From positions 62,001 to 126,000 of the forward strand of contig MCFE01000127.1 of the NCBI GenBank assembly GCA_002104905.1: DNA of 64,000 nt, in the 5' to 3' direction. The first letter of the stretch is position 1. Each line of letters begins with the position of its first letter. The notes under the pieces are model-generated. The model made no database searches, was not told the origin of the DNA, and saw nothing but the letters and a program-made list of their open reading frames with translations. This document shows positions 12,930-26,129 of this stretch, piece after piece. Source of the DNA: Basidiobolus meristosporus CBS 931.73 (taxonomy: Eukaryota; Fungi; Basidiobolomycota). Position numbers and translations under genes: made by a program.

Positions 12930-13889
12930 TATAGCCAGTTCTGGATCAACGTTATATATTCGGGTTCTCTAGCCTCTTTTTTCTGTGCACATCCATAGAT
13001 ACGTGGCATCCGAGCGTTACTACGATCATATATTTACGTGTCCCAAATATTTCAAATGCCCAACGCTGGTTTTCATGTTTCAGCCTGCAATTCTTCGGTT
13101 CGGTTCTTGATGCCGTGTGTACAAAGCATATAGTGTATTTAGTCCTATTCTTTATATATCCCGAATTGAATTTGATCACTTTCCCATTCGATGTTTTTTA
13201 CTTCAATCTTTATGATCAATGCAAACAGATCAATAAAACCTTATCGAGTATGTGTGAATGCTTCAACTAAGCAGACCTATTAGAATTTTATTGGTCGAAA
13301 ATGACTCTTGCAACCTTATCTTGACAGCGATCTTCGCTTTGACTATATTTGTTTATTGCTTAATACCATACCTCAGAGTTACAATAGCGCTAAAACAGAA
13401 AATTTCTTATTCGATTATACGCTATTAGTGCAGCAGATTATATTTCAGGTTATGGGGCGCTTGGATATCTCTTGGTGTTCATCTTATCATACATGACGAG
13501 TGTGGGTGCCTGTCATTTTCACATGCTTAGCTTAAGCATCGCCTATGGTATGGTATCGGATTTTTGGGGTGTTGGATAGTTGATCGCTCAAGAGACAAGT
13601 TATCAGTGTTCAGTACGTCCCCACGAATGCGGATCAACTCCGTCACAATCCGGGTTTCTATCGATAATTCACATGAAATTCAGATGGCATATAGCTAATT
13701 GTAGCATTGGGGCTAGGATTGCTGTTGCTTAAGGAATCCGATAGAATTCCTATATGCATATTGGTGTCTCGTTCATTATCATTTCACTTGAACATCTCAG
13801 CTTGTAGTTAAATACCACTATCTCCTAGAAATCGCCTCTTCATCAATCTTCCTTAATCCCTATCTGATATATTGTTAGTGGCCACTGTT

Positions 13890-15363
13890 ATGGCTGACTC
13901 CACTCTGAAACAACGAAAACGGAAGCCTGAGGAGGTTGAGAAGCCTGTGGGGAATGTAGGGGAGAAGAAATTGCAAAGCAATGGCCAAGAGATGGATCAG
14001 TTCGCCTTCAAGCATACACGTCCTGCTCATACCCAAGTGCGTCATTCCGCACTCTCGAAAGATGCACCACAGGAGGACTATCGCGGTTTCTTAAATTTGG
14101 CCAGTATGTCGCCGTGGTTGTTTCTGACCGTTCGGATTGTTGTTAACGCCACCATCTATTTTAGTGCTGCTATTGTTTGTAACCAACATCCGTTTGATTG
14201 TGGAGAACTATCAGAAGTATGGATTTCTGATCAACGTACCAGGTCACGATATTCCTAGAGAAGACTATCCTATGGCTTTTCTCGCATACATCGTATTACC
14301 AATCAACGTGTTCGTTGCATTCTCCATAGAGAAACTTGCCTTGGTTATCAGCAGTACTCTGCTTAAAAACCTACGCAGCTCTAAGTTTCCAACCCCGTAT
14401 AGGTACATTATCAGTGGATTACATATTGTCAATATTATTTGTAGTATTGTGCTACCTTCGTACATCTGCTATACCCAAGTATACCATCCTGCTTTAAGCA
14501 CTATTGTTCTATTCATGGCATGCGCTCTCATGATGAAGCTGATCTCCTACTACTTGGTCAATCGTGATATGCGGGATGCTCTGTTCGGCGGAAAGCCTAT
14601 TGATTCATATGACGTCTCCTATCCTAACAACATCGCCATCAAAGACGCATTTTACTTCTGGTTTGTTCCCACTCTGTGCTATCAGCCATCATATCCACGC
14701 ACCCCTCGTTTCCGAAGACGCTTTTTCCTCAAGCGAATGACCGAATGTCTAAGCGCTACGTTCATGATGTACTTTTTGGTTGAGCAGTATGCCAAACCAA
14801 CCTTGTGGAACTCTATCAAAGCTATGGAGGATCAAGATCTAACCATCATCATAGAAAGAGTGATGAAGCTCTCTACCATTGTTGTTCTTGTCTGGCTGCT
14901 TGGGTTTTTCGCATTTTTCCACGCATATCTTAATTGCTTGGCTGAGATCCTGCATTTTGGTGACAGGGCGTTCTATCTGCCTTGGTGGAATAACACGAAC
15001 CTTGGCGAATATTGGCGTTTATGGAACCAGCCAGTTCACAAGTTCTTCAAGCGACACACTTATGTCCCATTTCGTCGTGCTGGTATTTCACCCTTTGGTG
15101 CTATGTGTGTGACATTCTTTATCTCAGCCGTACTCCACGAAGTACTTATTGGTATACCTACACACATCGTATCGGGACTGGCGTTTTGGGGAATGTTGGG
15201 CCAAATCCCCATGGTCATGATTACCGGAATGATAAGTCAGAAATTCCCGACATCAAGCGCTGGCAACCTCCTGTTTTGGGTATCCTTTTGTATAGTGGGG
15301 CAACCTTTTATGGTGGTCAGCTACTATTACCAATGGAACAAGAAGTACTACCTCAACCACTAA
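13890..15363 (+). CDS. DGAT1: Diacylglycerol O-acyltransferase 1 (MBOAT family)
   Basis: GFLNLA|MLLLFVTNIRLIVENYQKYG, APTLCYQ-like VPTLCYQPSYPRT, FYLPWWN...WNQPVH, and catalytic His in SAVLHEV. One intron. Confidence 0.9.
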
Positions 15364-15567
15364 ATTAATGTAAGAAACCTACATATTGCATGTAAACTAT
15401 TTGTTTAAAATAGGCAACACTCCATTCCTGACATCAATAAACACTGAACATTCCTTGCATTGCACATCACACAATGAGCTCAAAACATTTCCATCGGGTA
15501 TTTTGGCTCAACCACATAGTGATGAAAGTCGATTTATTGAAAATGGGAGGGAGGGATATATCATGTG

Positions 15568-16587
15568 TTAGTTGCTGACTTGAGCGGAGGCCGACTTCTT
15601 AGCCTTCACTTCCTTTTCGGTGGTACTGTTCTCAGCGTCGAAGTAGGGTCTTTCCAGGCCTACAACAGTCACACGCTCGCCATAACGAGCGCCCACTTCT
15701 GCATACTCGTAATCATTAACTGCCGCATGAAGAGTGCTACGATTATCCCATATTGCCACAGTATTGGCTGTCCAGGTCCAGCGGACCTGAGCTTTGGTGG
15801 TGGTCTTGATGTGGGTAAATAGGTAGCTCAAGAGAGCATCCGACTCATGGGGAGTCAAATTCTTGATGGATTTGGTGAACCCTGGATTGACATACAACGC
15901 CTTTTGTTTAGTGATAGGGTTTGTACGAATTACTGGATGCTCTGTGGCGAGTGGAATTTCGTACAATGGTTGGATTCCGACAAGCTTGCTGAGCTGAAGA
16001 AAGCCTTCACCCGAATGAATGCCAGTAAGTGAATCCAAAAAGGCTTGAAGTGCTGGGGACAATTCATCATAGAGATGGTAGCCATTGGCCCAAATAGTGT
16101 CGCCTCCAACAGGTGGTACTTTCAGCAATTGAAGAATGGAAAATGAAGGCGAGACCACATCGAATGAGACATCCGTATGCCAAGTGTCAGCACGCGTTTT
16201 GTTCAGCTCTTTTGGAAGATTTTTGGAGCCACCAGAGGGACAAACAATTTCTGGGTAGCCTTCTGGTCCTCGAGCTACGGGGTGAATATGCAAAGGACCA
16301 AACTTGCGACCGAAGTCTAACTGTTGATCACGGCTAAGCTGCTGATCCCGAAAGAATACTACTCCGCGTTCAGCAACCAGACGGGCCACTTCATTCAACT
16401 GAGCATCGTTCAGATCTTTAATTTGAATTCCTATCAATTCAGTGCCAATTGATGGCGTCAAGTCAACCCGCTTGGCATTTCCGTCAAGGAGAGTCTTGAA
16501 TTCAGGATCCGCATTAGAGCCGTCCAAGTACTGGCCACTAATATTTTGGGCGGCGCTAGCGGTGGAAGATTCAGAAGCAACACTCAT
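15568..16587 (-). CDS. TauD/TfdA-family 2-oxoglutarate Fe(II) dioxygenase (JLP1-like sulfonate dioxygenase), intronless
   Basis: DLTPSIGTEL, RGVVFFRDQ, WHTDVSF (H-x-D) and WDNRSTLH (distal His). Start at MSVASES (16587) preferred over the ORF-track start at 16710. Confidence 0.9.
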   Translation of the reverse strand: MSVASESSTASAAQNISGQYLDGSNADPEFKTLLDGNAKRVDLTPSIGTELIGIQIKDLNDAQLNEVARLVAERGVVFFRDQQLSRDQQLDFGRKFGPLHIHPVARGPEGYPEIVCPSGGSKNLPKELNKTRADTWHTDVSFDVVSPSFSILQLLKVPPVGGDTIWANGYHLYDELSPALQAFLDSLTGIHSGEGFLQLSKLVGIQPLYEIPLATEHPVIRTNPITKQKALYVNPGFTKSIKNLTPHESDALLSYLFTHIKTTTKAQVRWTWTANTVAIWDNRSTLHAAVNDYEYAEVGARYGERVTVVGLERPYFDAENSTTEKEVKAKKSASAQVSN

Positions 16588-17187
16588 ACTAGATACTGGA
16601 CAGGATGTTTTTGTCTGAATATTCGTTCCGATATGGTGTATATATACCTTCACGCAGCTTATCAGAACTGCGTGAATGAGATGACCCCAAGTCATTTGAT
16701 AACCCGTCAAATAATGGTATCATAGGAGATGTTCAAGAGCGAATACTATGCAATTTTGACGCTTGATTGTGAAATGTTCCATCACGTTTTACAAACCGTA
16801 GAGTCGCCATATGTGCGAACAAATGCTCGCCAATTGAAGACGTTGCTGTATGTTAGGTGCCCATATTTCTCGGAGTTCAATAAATCCGAGATCTGACTGA
16901 GCAATATTTCATGTCGATTTCGCAATTCATGGTCATACTTGCTCTCGATTCACAATTCTGAACACGCGATCCTGGGTGTATCGTGTATTAGCAAGATAAA
17001 GGCACTCGTGTAGAGACCAGGGACTCCCACATGTACCCTACACGGAAAATTCAAGTTTAGCATGGGACCAAACATTATTTATTATGCAATGTACACGAAA
17101 GGTAAAGTGAATGAGAATTCAAGATTGCTACAAAACTGGGCGGGTAGCTGAAGCGTAGGTCGGGATTGGGTCGGAGGCCCACTAATG

Positions 17188-18504
17188 TTAATCACTAGCA
17201 TCGCCAATTCCGTCCGCATTGATAGCGAATACCGCTTCAGATTCCGGCAAACATGGTGAATCGTAAATTTTACAAATACGTGTCTCCCCACGACCTTTTC
17301 TCAGATATAATCGAGTGGTCGACGCATGAGCCATAATGTTACCTCCAATTGGCTTTTTAGGGTCGGCATTGAACATTGCAGCCCCTCCATCAACCTGCGC
17401 TACTACTTGATTGGTAATAATAACCGCCACACCAAACTGAGCAACTTGTTAGGAAACAGATATGGGCCGGAGTTGACTTGGCAATTCTTACCTCATCTGC
17501 AAGTCTCAGCAAAGTGCGTAAGAAACGTGCTAGATGCATTTGTCGAGCTGATAGCTCCCCTCGCCCGGAATAGTCGGTACGATAAAGCGCCGTAGCAGAG
17601 TCCACGATTAAAAGTGCAAATCTTGATTCGGCCATCATTGCTGAGGCTTGAATTAGTAAGGCTGACTGATGGTCAGCATTATAAGCTCTGGCGTATGCAA
17701 CGTTATCCAACACTTCTTCACCATTCAAACCGAAACGCTCTGCAGTTGAAAGCAGACGAACCGGACGAAAGGTTCCCTCGGTATCGATGTATAAACATTT
17801 CCCTTCACCTCCACCCATTTCAATTGGGAGCTACAAACGTTCAAAAGCTTAGTTCATCAGGTGTATTCCTGGCGTACAGAAGCACACCTACCTGACATGT
17901 GACAGCAGCCGTATGACAGAGCTGTGATTTTCCTGTTCGGAACTCTCCAAAAATTTCAGTGATTGATCCAGTCTCAAAACCACCTTTTAAAGCTTCATGT
18001 CAACTAAAACTCACGAACACAGAGGCCTCATGATACAGACCTCCAAGTAACTTGTCCAATTCCTTCGATCCGGTAGTTATGGAAATGAGTTCACTTCGTC
18101 GTTGATGAAATTCGGTGGCAGTAGTGAAACCCATTGGAACAAGCTTCGAGGCTACAAAGACCGATATGGTTGAGAGATATATCTTATTCCCGTGAACCGT
18201 TCATTAATATATACCCTCAGCGATGATTTTGTCCGCTTTTGCCTCTGAGATACCGCGGACGGTTAGCAATTGCTTCTTTGGAGTGTAAGCGATCGCCTCC
18301 ACAGTATAATAGCCTGCCTCCACAAGCTTCTTGACATCTGAGGCACTAATTCCACATTCCTATCCATTAACTATGGTTATTGACCAGATTAAAAGAGCCA
18401 GAAATGTAAGGCAGACAGACTTCAAGCTTTTGTACTGAGAGCGGACCAAATGCTCCGTCTTCTTCGACAGCCTCGAGCTCTTCCTCGCGTTCCATTTGAG
18501 CCAT
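17188..18504 (-). CDS. RAD51: DNA recombinase Rad51
   Basis: Six exons. [23 protein letters not shown], Walker [72 protein letters not shown]. Confidence 0.97.
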
Positions 18505-18943
18505 GTTCGTGAAGGTGTTGTGTATTGAGAGAAATGAAGCCCAAAATTCGACCCAATTGTGACTGTATCAGAGCCAAAACAAAAACAGCTTTTATAGCTT
18601 TCATCATAGTGTGAGATAACCAATTCGAATATTTCTCTCCAATCAAGGGTTTCAGTTCAACCAATGTGTGTTCCATCGACGATCTGCCACCCAATAATCA
18701 CCCCTTTGAAGCTGCGGCAAATGGGCGAGTAGCGCAGTTTGTCGGAACAACCGAGTGCTGCGGGTGGAAGTCAAAGACCAAGCTCAATCGTACTGTGTTT
18801 AAAGTGGGTTCTTATTCCTTTAATTTGATTGATTGTTAGGGTAGACAATCCAGTTTGGTATTCAAGTTGCTCATCAGAAACGTCTACATGACAGTATCTA
18901 GTTGGAACGCGTGGTAAAGCTTCTATATTTACAAGAGATAAGA

Positions 18944-21036
18944 TCAAACTTGCTTCTCTTTCCCCTTGGAAATTGGTCTACGCTCCCATATCTGTAACGT
19001 GTCGTTAGCATGAACTCTACTCTGATGTCAAAGTCAATGGAACTCGTACCTGAATGAAAGATTCTGACAGGAAAATCATTTGTGGTATAATCTCTTCAAC
19101 AATCAAATCTTGGATCTGGAACCACTGGTCCTTTCCTCGATGTCTGACATGAACCTTGTAGGACCCCTGACCAACACCCGGCTTTCCTTCGTGCGAAATA
19201 TTTGCTATCAAATCGTAATGGCCATCTAAAGTCTCCACTTCGGTCTGGTTCTTGTCCACGAGCTCCGAAAGGTCGATGTTACGAATGGGAAAATTCACGA
19301 TGGTGGGGTTCTTCTCTAATGTCCAATTGTTCTTGGTGAATCGCTTGATGTGGAAGATCACGTAACGGGGAAGTTTCAGTAGATGGAATCTCTTAGCAGA
19401 CCCATTCACTTCCTGTGGATCGAATTGTCAGCCAGATTTCATACAAATCAACACACCCACGTCTGCTTACTTGAGCTCTTTGACCACTGTATTTCCCAAG
19501 GAGAGTGCTCAAAGGAATCTAAGAAGCATTGGTTAACAAGAGGAACACAAATGAACACAGACTTGAGCCGTCGTACCTGAGGAATGATGTTCTTTTCTAC
19601 TTCATCCTGGAAGAGAGGTGGCGGTGGGAGATCGAGGGTCAAAAACATAAATGGAGATATGGCAGTGGAAATTTCTATTAACCAATGGTCAGCATGGCAG
19701 TCTTTCATTGGATGTTGAGGCTTCGTTACCTCGATCAACGTCCATCACTAAAGGCTCGTCATTGTCCTCCTTGACAAGGATGGATTGTGTTTCAACACGA
19801 ACCATTCCCTGAAATATCTTGGTAATAATGCCTTGTGGAAAGTGAGAAGGAGAAGACGAATTCCAGAGCCATGGGCCTACTTACTTTGACGCTTACGAGT
19901 TCCACCCAAATCCCGATGTAGAGTGTTCAAAAACCAAGATAGGAATTCGATAGGGTCACCTTGTTCGGTAAGCTTGAACTTCTTTTCACTGGATTTGGAG
20001 ATTTCCTGAGCAATACTCACCATTTAGTACTGATTAGATGGTGATGGTAGATGCGATCTGTTACCTGTAAGAGTTCGTGAGGGCTTACTTGGCCTTTGAA
20101 CGCTTTAGGGTTCCATATTTTACGAGTCAACAACCCAAATCTCCTAACTGGTGATAGACTGTAATTAGGACTCTAGCTGGTAACATAAGTATAATAAAAT
20201 GACTGCCTGACCGAGCTCAGAGCTGGAATTGAAGTCGTTCAAAATGAAAAAATCACGAAGGGGTGGAATATGCACTAAAGCTTGAATCACCACATTTATA
20301 TAGTCGTTTGCTTTCACGTTGTTCAGTCCAACAAAACCTAAAAAACTGTTAGTATAAAAACCAACCAAAGCAACATGCTAGTCATAGTTTACCAGGAAGA
20401 TATTTTCGGGAATTCAAATCATAGGAGTACTCAAGATTTTTGTCCAGCTGGATGACTTGCTGTTTGGTAAACGTAGGATGCAGCACATACTAGAACTTGA
20501 TATAAGCCACTGACGGTATAGAAGCCAAATTAACACATCTTCTCAATACCTTGATATCATTTAACGAAGAGTCGATAACTTCATAACCATCCGGAAGGCA
20601 ATAGACCTAACACCCCCAAGAGCGTCAGTCATCCGTTCTAGTTAAGCAAAGTCGCCTTGTGTATACCTTGAGAGTGTGCAGATTGATGAAGACGTGGTGG
20701 TCTTCGTGAATACTATGGAAGTAGGCATGGGAAGATTTTCCTCTGCCTGAAATAACAAATTAATATGTAATCCGTTTGTGGTCAAGGGCGGGATTTGTTT
20801 GAACCTTGGAAGTATTTTCCGCAAACAAGGCAGCCATAAACATTCAAGTTCGAAAGCGATACAGAGCATAGTTTTTCAAAATCAAAATCCAACATGGAGC
20901 GACTGATCGTGTCCAAATAAAGATCTTTCGAAGAAGCCTTATCACCAAAACCATTTACAGGGGAAGCTGTAGAATCGATATCGCTTGGTGTTGAATCGAT
21001 TTTTCTCTTCTTTGTTTCTGGCTCGACAGTCGACAT
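18944..21036 (-). CDS. SAD1: U4/U6.U5 tri-snRNP-associated protein Sad1/USP39
   Basis: LYLDTISRSMLDFDFEKLCSVSLSNLNVYGCLVCGKYFQGRG (ZnF-UBP), GFVGLNNVKANDY (catalytic Cys absent as in USP39), FMFLTLDLPPPPLFQD, WFQIQDL...ESFIQ|IWERR. Confidence 0.95.
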
Positions 21037-21321
21037 CCTAAAGTTTTTTGCAATATGTCGTATGGGAGAACACACTTGTACCAAAGTAGTATGCTGAAAG
21101 GACTTGTGTGGATTCCTTACATCATGTGGATCATATCCGAATTTCCGCCCTATTCCGACCATTACCGATCGTTCTGATCCATTGAAAATTTCATGGCCTA
21201 ATTATTTCCGCGTCCTTTTTTTCTTTTTCTTACCTGGGTAAGACCAAATTTTGTTTTGAAGAATATGGTGAATAATGGACAGCAGTGAGGCTCGTATTTA
21301 CTTACACTATCCACACTCAAC

Positions 21322-22035
21322 ATGTCGGTCTCGAACATTTGGCTTGCAGCAAGCGATGGCGATTTGCAGAAAGTAACTGAGTTTTTAGACAGCGGTGTCA
21401 GCGTCGATGCTCAAGACGAGAATGGATATACTCCTCTGTAAGTTTGCTGTTTAGTGGTTGTCAATTGGCTGTGTTTTATATAGCTCTTTGTTTTCTCAAG
21501 ACATGCTGCTGTATCATATGGACACAGTGAATTGATCCAACTCTTGTTGGAGAGAGGCGCCAACATCAATATCACTGATCCTGATGGTGATACACCTCTT
21601 CACGTTTGCGAGAAGTTCGAAATTGCCGAGCAATTGGTCAAGGCTGGTGCCGATTACAAATTGGAGAACAGCGAAAAGAAAACTGTAAGTACTACAGTGA
21701 TTTTCTTTCGTATACACGAAGCCAATCTAAACTGCTTTTTGTGCTAGGCTATTGATATGGCTGAAGAGGAGGGCCACTATGATGTGATGATTTTCTTGCA
21801 AGAATATCCCAATAATGTGACCCCCTTACCTCTATCTGAAGAGGCCAAAGAGGAACTTGAGAAGAAATTACAGCCCGTGGATGTCGATGGAACCTCCTTC
21901 TTGGAAAAGGCCTCGGAAGTTTTGCGTCAAGCAGACATCCAAGGATTGGACCGCGATGCAGAACTACAGAAACTGGTTACTGAAATGGTTCTTAACCAGC
22001 TCTCAAACGGAGCCTCGTATGAGACTGAGGAATAA
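21322..22035 (+). CDS. Small ankyrin-repeat protein (YCR051W-like)
   Basis: MSVSNIWLAASDGDLQKV...DENGYTPL|HAAVSYGHSELIQLLLERGANINITDPDGDTPLH; two introns. Divergent from SAD1, with 285 bp between start codons. Confidence 0.88.
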
Positions 22036-22264
22036 GCAATCCCAGTCAAGTATATACCGTCTGCTTTAAAGGGTGCAACGATTTTTCTTGTTTAATTGCT
22101 TTAATAAACCTACAAATAATATTCGAAGTGGGAGATGTATATGATTTATTTGTTCGTAAATTTAACGAGGGTAATGCGACTAGATTGAGTACAAAATGTT
22201 CTAAGGAAGTTGACCTGCTCATTGATATAGTGCATGATGTGCAGAATGTTTTGAAGTGGTAGAG

Positions 22265-23863
22265 TTAACGGCTACGAATGTCCTTGAGCATGTCTTCAAC
22301 ATGGTTCATGAACTCCGTAGTGGTAACATAATGCGAGCGGTTCATTTGCTTGCCATGGATAGCCAAGGCCAAATCCTTGGTCATCTTTCCGTTCTTGTCT
22401 ACAGTGTCAATACATGCACGCTCTAAATCGTGCGAGAACTTCAAAAGAGCAGCGTTGTCATCGAGCTTGGCACGATGTGCTAAACCTCGGGTCCATGCAA
22501 AGATAGAAGCAATAGGGTTGGTGGATGTTTCGTTTCCTTTCTGATGCTCACGGTAATGTCTTGTAACAGTCCCGTGGGCTGCCTCAGCTTCCAGTGTCTT
22601 ACCATCAGGAGTGACGAGGACCGAAGTCATCAAGCCTAGCGAGCCGAAGCCTTGAGCCAAGATATCGGATTGAACATCACCATCATAGTTCTTTGTAGCC
22701 CAAACAAATCCACCACTTGACTTCAAGGCTTGAGCAACCATGTCGTCAATCAAGCGATGCTCGTACCAGATCTTGCGGCTATCAAACTCGCTCTTGTAAT
22801 GCTTCTCGAAGATATCTTGGAAAATATCCTTGAAGCGACCGTCATACTTCTTGAGAATAGTGTTTTTGGTGCTCAAATAGAGAGGCATGCCTTTGCTCAG
22901 CGCCATTTGGAAGGAGCTGTGGGCAAACCCAGTAATAGATTCGTCATTGTTGTACATGCCCATGCCAACGCCGGATCCCTTGAAGTCATAGACAACCCAT
23001 TTTTGAGGCTGTTGAGTGGAATCTTCAGGGGTAAAGGTCATCTCGAATTTACCGGGACCGTTGACTACGAAATCAGTAGCGCGATATTGGTCACCGAAGG
23101 CATGTCTGCCGATAACGATCGGCTTCTCCCAGCCAGGAACAATTTTAGGGACGTTCTGAAGGAGAATGGGCTCACGGAACACGGTGCCACCAATGATGTT
23201 ACGGATCGTACCATTGGGGGACCTGTACATCTCCTTCAGGTTGAATTCTAGGGATTAAAAGTACGCATTAATAAACCTCTAAATGCTAACGAAAAGTACA
23301 GCATTTTTATACCCTTGACTCTGGCTTCATCGGGAGTGATTGTGGCGCACTTGATACCAACATTGTATTTCTTGATGGCTTCAGCTGCCTCCACAGTAAC
23401 TCTGTCTTCGGTCTACGCAATTGAGGTCAGTATCCGGGCAAACGTTTTCAGCTTGAATTTAAACCTTACATCGTTTCTGTGCTCCATACCAAGGTCATAA
23501 TATTTGATATCAAGCTTGACATATGGGAAGATAAGCTACATTCGCAAAATATTGTTAATACACAAGTGTTATCGCTCTCGGGCTTCGGTAAACCTACCTT
23601 TTCCTTAATCATTTTCCAGATAATGCGAGTCATTTCATCACCGTCGAGGTCGACAACTGGGTTGTCAACAATAATGCGGGAGTCTTGAGAATCTGTTGAT
23701 AAAAGACAGTTCGGTTAACTGGGCTTTCGAGGAAAAACATGCGAGACTACGTACATTCACGCTTAGCCAAAAGTGACTTTGCTGTACAAAGAGAAGGGAC
23801 AGCCTTTCTGCAATTAGCTCTAAGAAGACCGAGCGAAGATACAGAGCGAGCGATGGAAGTCAT
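22265..23863 (-). CDS. IDP1: NADP-dependent isocitrate dehydrogenase with mitochondrial presequence
   Basis: Presequence exon [23 protein letters not shown]..., then [54 protein letters not shown] and [11 protein letters not shown]. Confidence 0.96.
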
Positions 23864-24430
23864 AATAACAGGCAAACTTGATGTCGAAGAGGCAGTAGCG
23901 AGAACAAACAAGTGAGGAAAGGCTTGGGGTTATCGCTTGTGTAGAAGGCGACGCCACCTTATATAATGAACACGAAATCTGATAACGTGCAACCGAGGAA
24001 ATCCAAATACGGAAGGATTTAACTTGCAGTTTCCCCTTTTACTAGGATTTTGAATAGAATAGAACGGTAGTACTCAAATTCAACACCGTGTATAAGTCAA
24101 GTTTAAATTTCTTACTAATATCAGATTTGGTAGCGATTGGTCAGATGACATGATAATATCCAGCAAATTGGTCGCTTATGGTAAATCAAGTACATGAGTC
24201 ATATACATACAGGAAAGCTTGAGTAACAACGAGATTAAGAGTCATGCTTACGCTCCCAATGCTGTTGATTAACAAGGGTGGTTAGGGAATAAATAAATTG
24301 AAGGTTAAATTTCTGCCAGAATTTGCAGATCAGTCGAAAATTTCTTGCTGATGAGTCTATAGTAAACAATGCAATATCTGAAAATAACACTCAAATACTT
24401 CTTCTCTGACCAACTCAGCGTCTTGTAACA

Positions 24431-24751
24431 ATGTCTTCAGACAACCTGGAAATTTTAGATTCTAGCTATGACGAGCACGAGGATTTCGACTACGTCGAGG
24501 ATAAATATGACGAGGAAGAAGAGGAAGATATCCTTGAAAGCGTCAGCCCAAGCGAGCTCCTAAATCTTGTCAGAGACAACGAGGAAATTGACGAAGTTGA
24601 CAAAGCGATCTTGCTGGACCTTGCCAGAGCATTGGGAGAGGAGGTTGATGAAAATCAAGATGTAACGGAGATTCTCCACACTTTGGAGAACCTTTTGATC
24701 GACGAGGACGAAGGTGTCATTGAAGATCTTGATAGCGAGGAAGAGGAATAG
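24431..24751 (+). CDS. Orphan 106-aa hyper-acidic protein (intronless)
   Basis: Single ORF with good start context (aacaATGtct). 44 Asp/Glu versus 4 Lys/Arg, with an amphipathic Leu-patterned core. No family recognised. Confidence 0.7.
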   Translation: MSSDNLEILDSSYDEHEDFDYVEDKYDEEEEEDILESVSPSELLNLVRDNEEIDEVDKAILLDLARALGEEVDENQDVTEILHTLENLLIDEDEGVIEDLDSEEEE

Positions 24752-25125
24752 ATCTCCGCCCTCCATACAAGAGAATGGGTAAACAAAAGAGACTCAGTTT
24801 GCTTTTCTGTATCTTTCGTTACCCCTGCTTTGTAAATCCTTCATACTTTTATGTAATTTAGATAGACTGACAAGATGTTGAATTCTAAAAGATAAAATTG
24901 TTTTTCTGAAGTACATCAAGAGATAGGATTTGATCCCATTTCACTAGAACATTAGTTCGAACGTTCACGAGGTGGATTTACATATGGTAGTTGGTGAAAC
25001 ATACGGAATCTATTTGGGGTTTGATTCGTTTTGTATAGTATGTCATGATCCAGGTTGATTTGTAACAATGAAAAGGTTTTTCATGAGATATATATGTCGC
25101 TCCGCACATAATTGTGGTTAACAAA

Positions 25126-25740
25126 ATGTCTTTCCTGAGAGTCGCTACCCGTTCTTTAGCACGTAGGCGCTATATGTTTAATTGACGAAATATCCCAATT
25201 TCACCACTAACTCTTGAATACCAGGTACTACAGTCCCTCGTGGAATTTCTGTGGCTAGCTTTCACAGCTCTTCTTTAGTTCGCGACGGTAAAATCCTTGA
25301 GGCTACTCAAGAGAATTTCGTCGAATTGGTTGAAAACAGCAAAAGCCCCGTAGTGGTCGATTTCTATGCCAGGTAATTTCTAGTAAACCCAATGTTCGTG
25401 GAGTTCTATTCTCAACTTCCTGAATGATAAGCTGGTGTGGTCCTTGCCGTATGTTGGCACCCATTCTGAAGAAATCTGTGGAAAAGAATGGCAAGATTGA
25501 CTTGGTCAAGCTCGATGTGGATGCTGCCAATGAAATCGCGGCTAAGTACGAAGTACGTATAGGTTTCCATAGCAAATAACTATGACTGTATTGGAGTGTA
25601 TCTAACTCTCTACTTAGATCGCCTCTCTTCCTACTGTAGCCACCATATACAAGGGTGCGGTAGTCAGCAAGTTTGTAGGAATGCGCGATCAAAAGTTTAT
25701 CGATCAGTACGTGGAAGAAGCTGCTTCTTTGAAGCAGTAA
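25126..25740 (+). CDS. Mitochondrial thioredoxin (Trx3/TXN2-like)
   Basis: Four exons. Presequence MSFLRVATRSLARTTVPRGISVASFHSSS, VVVDFYAS|WCGPCRMLAPIL, KLDVD...AAKYE|IASLPT. Missed by the ORF track. Confidence 0.92.
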
Positions 25741-26069
25741 TTTACCAATGCTTCGACGAAGTATCTTTTTGAATGCAAAGATATTTCATCACAATATTCA
25801 TTTCACATCTTGCATGAAGTATCGAGCAATGTAACCTGGATACATCGAAATGTGCTTCAGTCAATAAACGTAATTTGTCGTTTCAGTAAAGATTATAATA
25901 ATTTATTTCCAGATAGTAAACATGGACTTATTCCGGCAAGATAGATAGGGCGTAAAATATCATACAAAATAAAGGAGGATTGATGCCAAAAAATGCATCT
26001 CTATTCACAAAAAATGCCTAAAAGCACATCAAGATTGCGTTGCGAAAAGAGAATATGTCATGGATTGGT

Positions 26070-26080
26070 GGGGGGGGGGG
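26070..26080 (+). repeat. G11 homopolymer between convergent 3' ends
   Basis: 11 consecutive G between the thioredoxin and NIMA stop codons. Confidence 0.9.
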
Positions 26081-26129
26081 TTTGAGCAATGAATCTCGTT
26101 TGGATCTTTCTAATACCGAAGCTAAAAAT

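Noticed and set aside
18566-18608. ATGATGA...CTGA pair on the minus strand resembling box C/D
   Set aside because: Only about 40 nt long, no terminal stem or rRNA guide seen, and it lies in the RAD51 promoter/5' leader.
22730-23251. Long antisense ORFs over IDP1, RPS17, SOF1, NAP1 and the DUF1295 gene
   Set aside because: These are shadow ORFs expected from codon bias of the highly conserved genes on the opposite strand.
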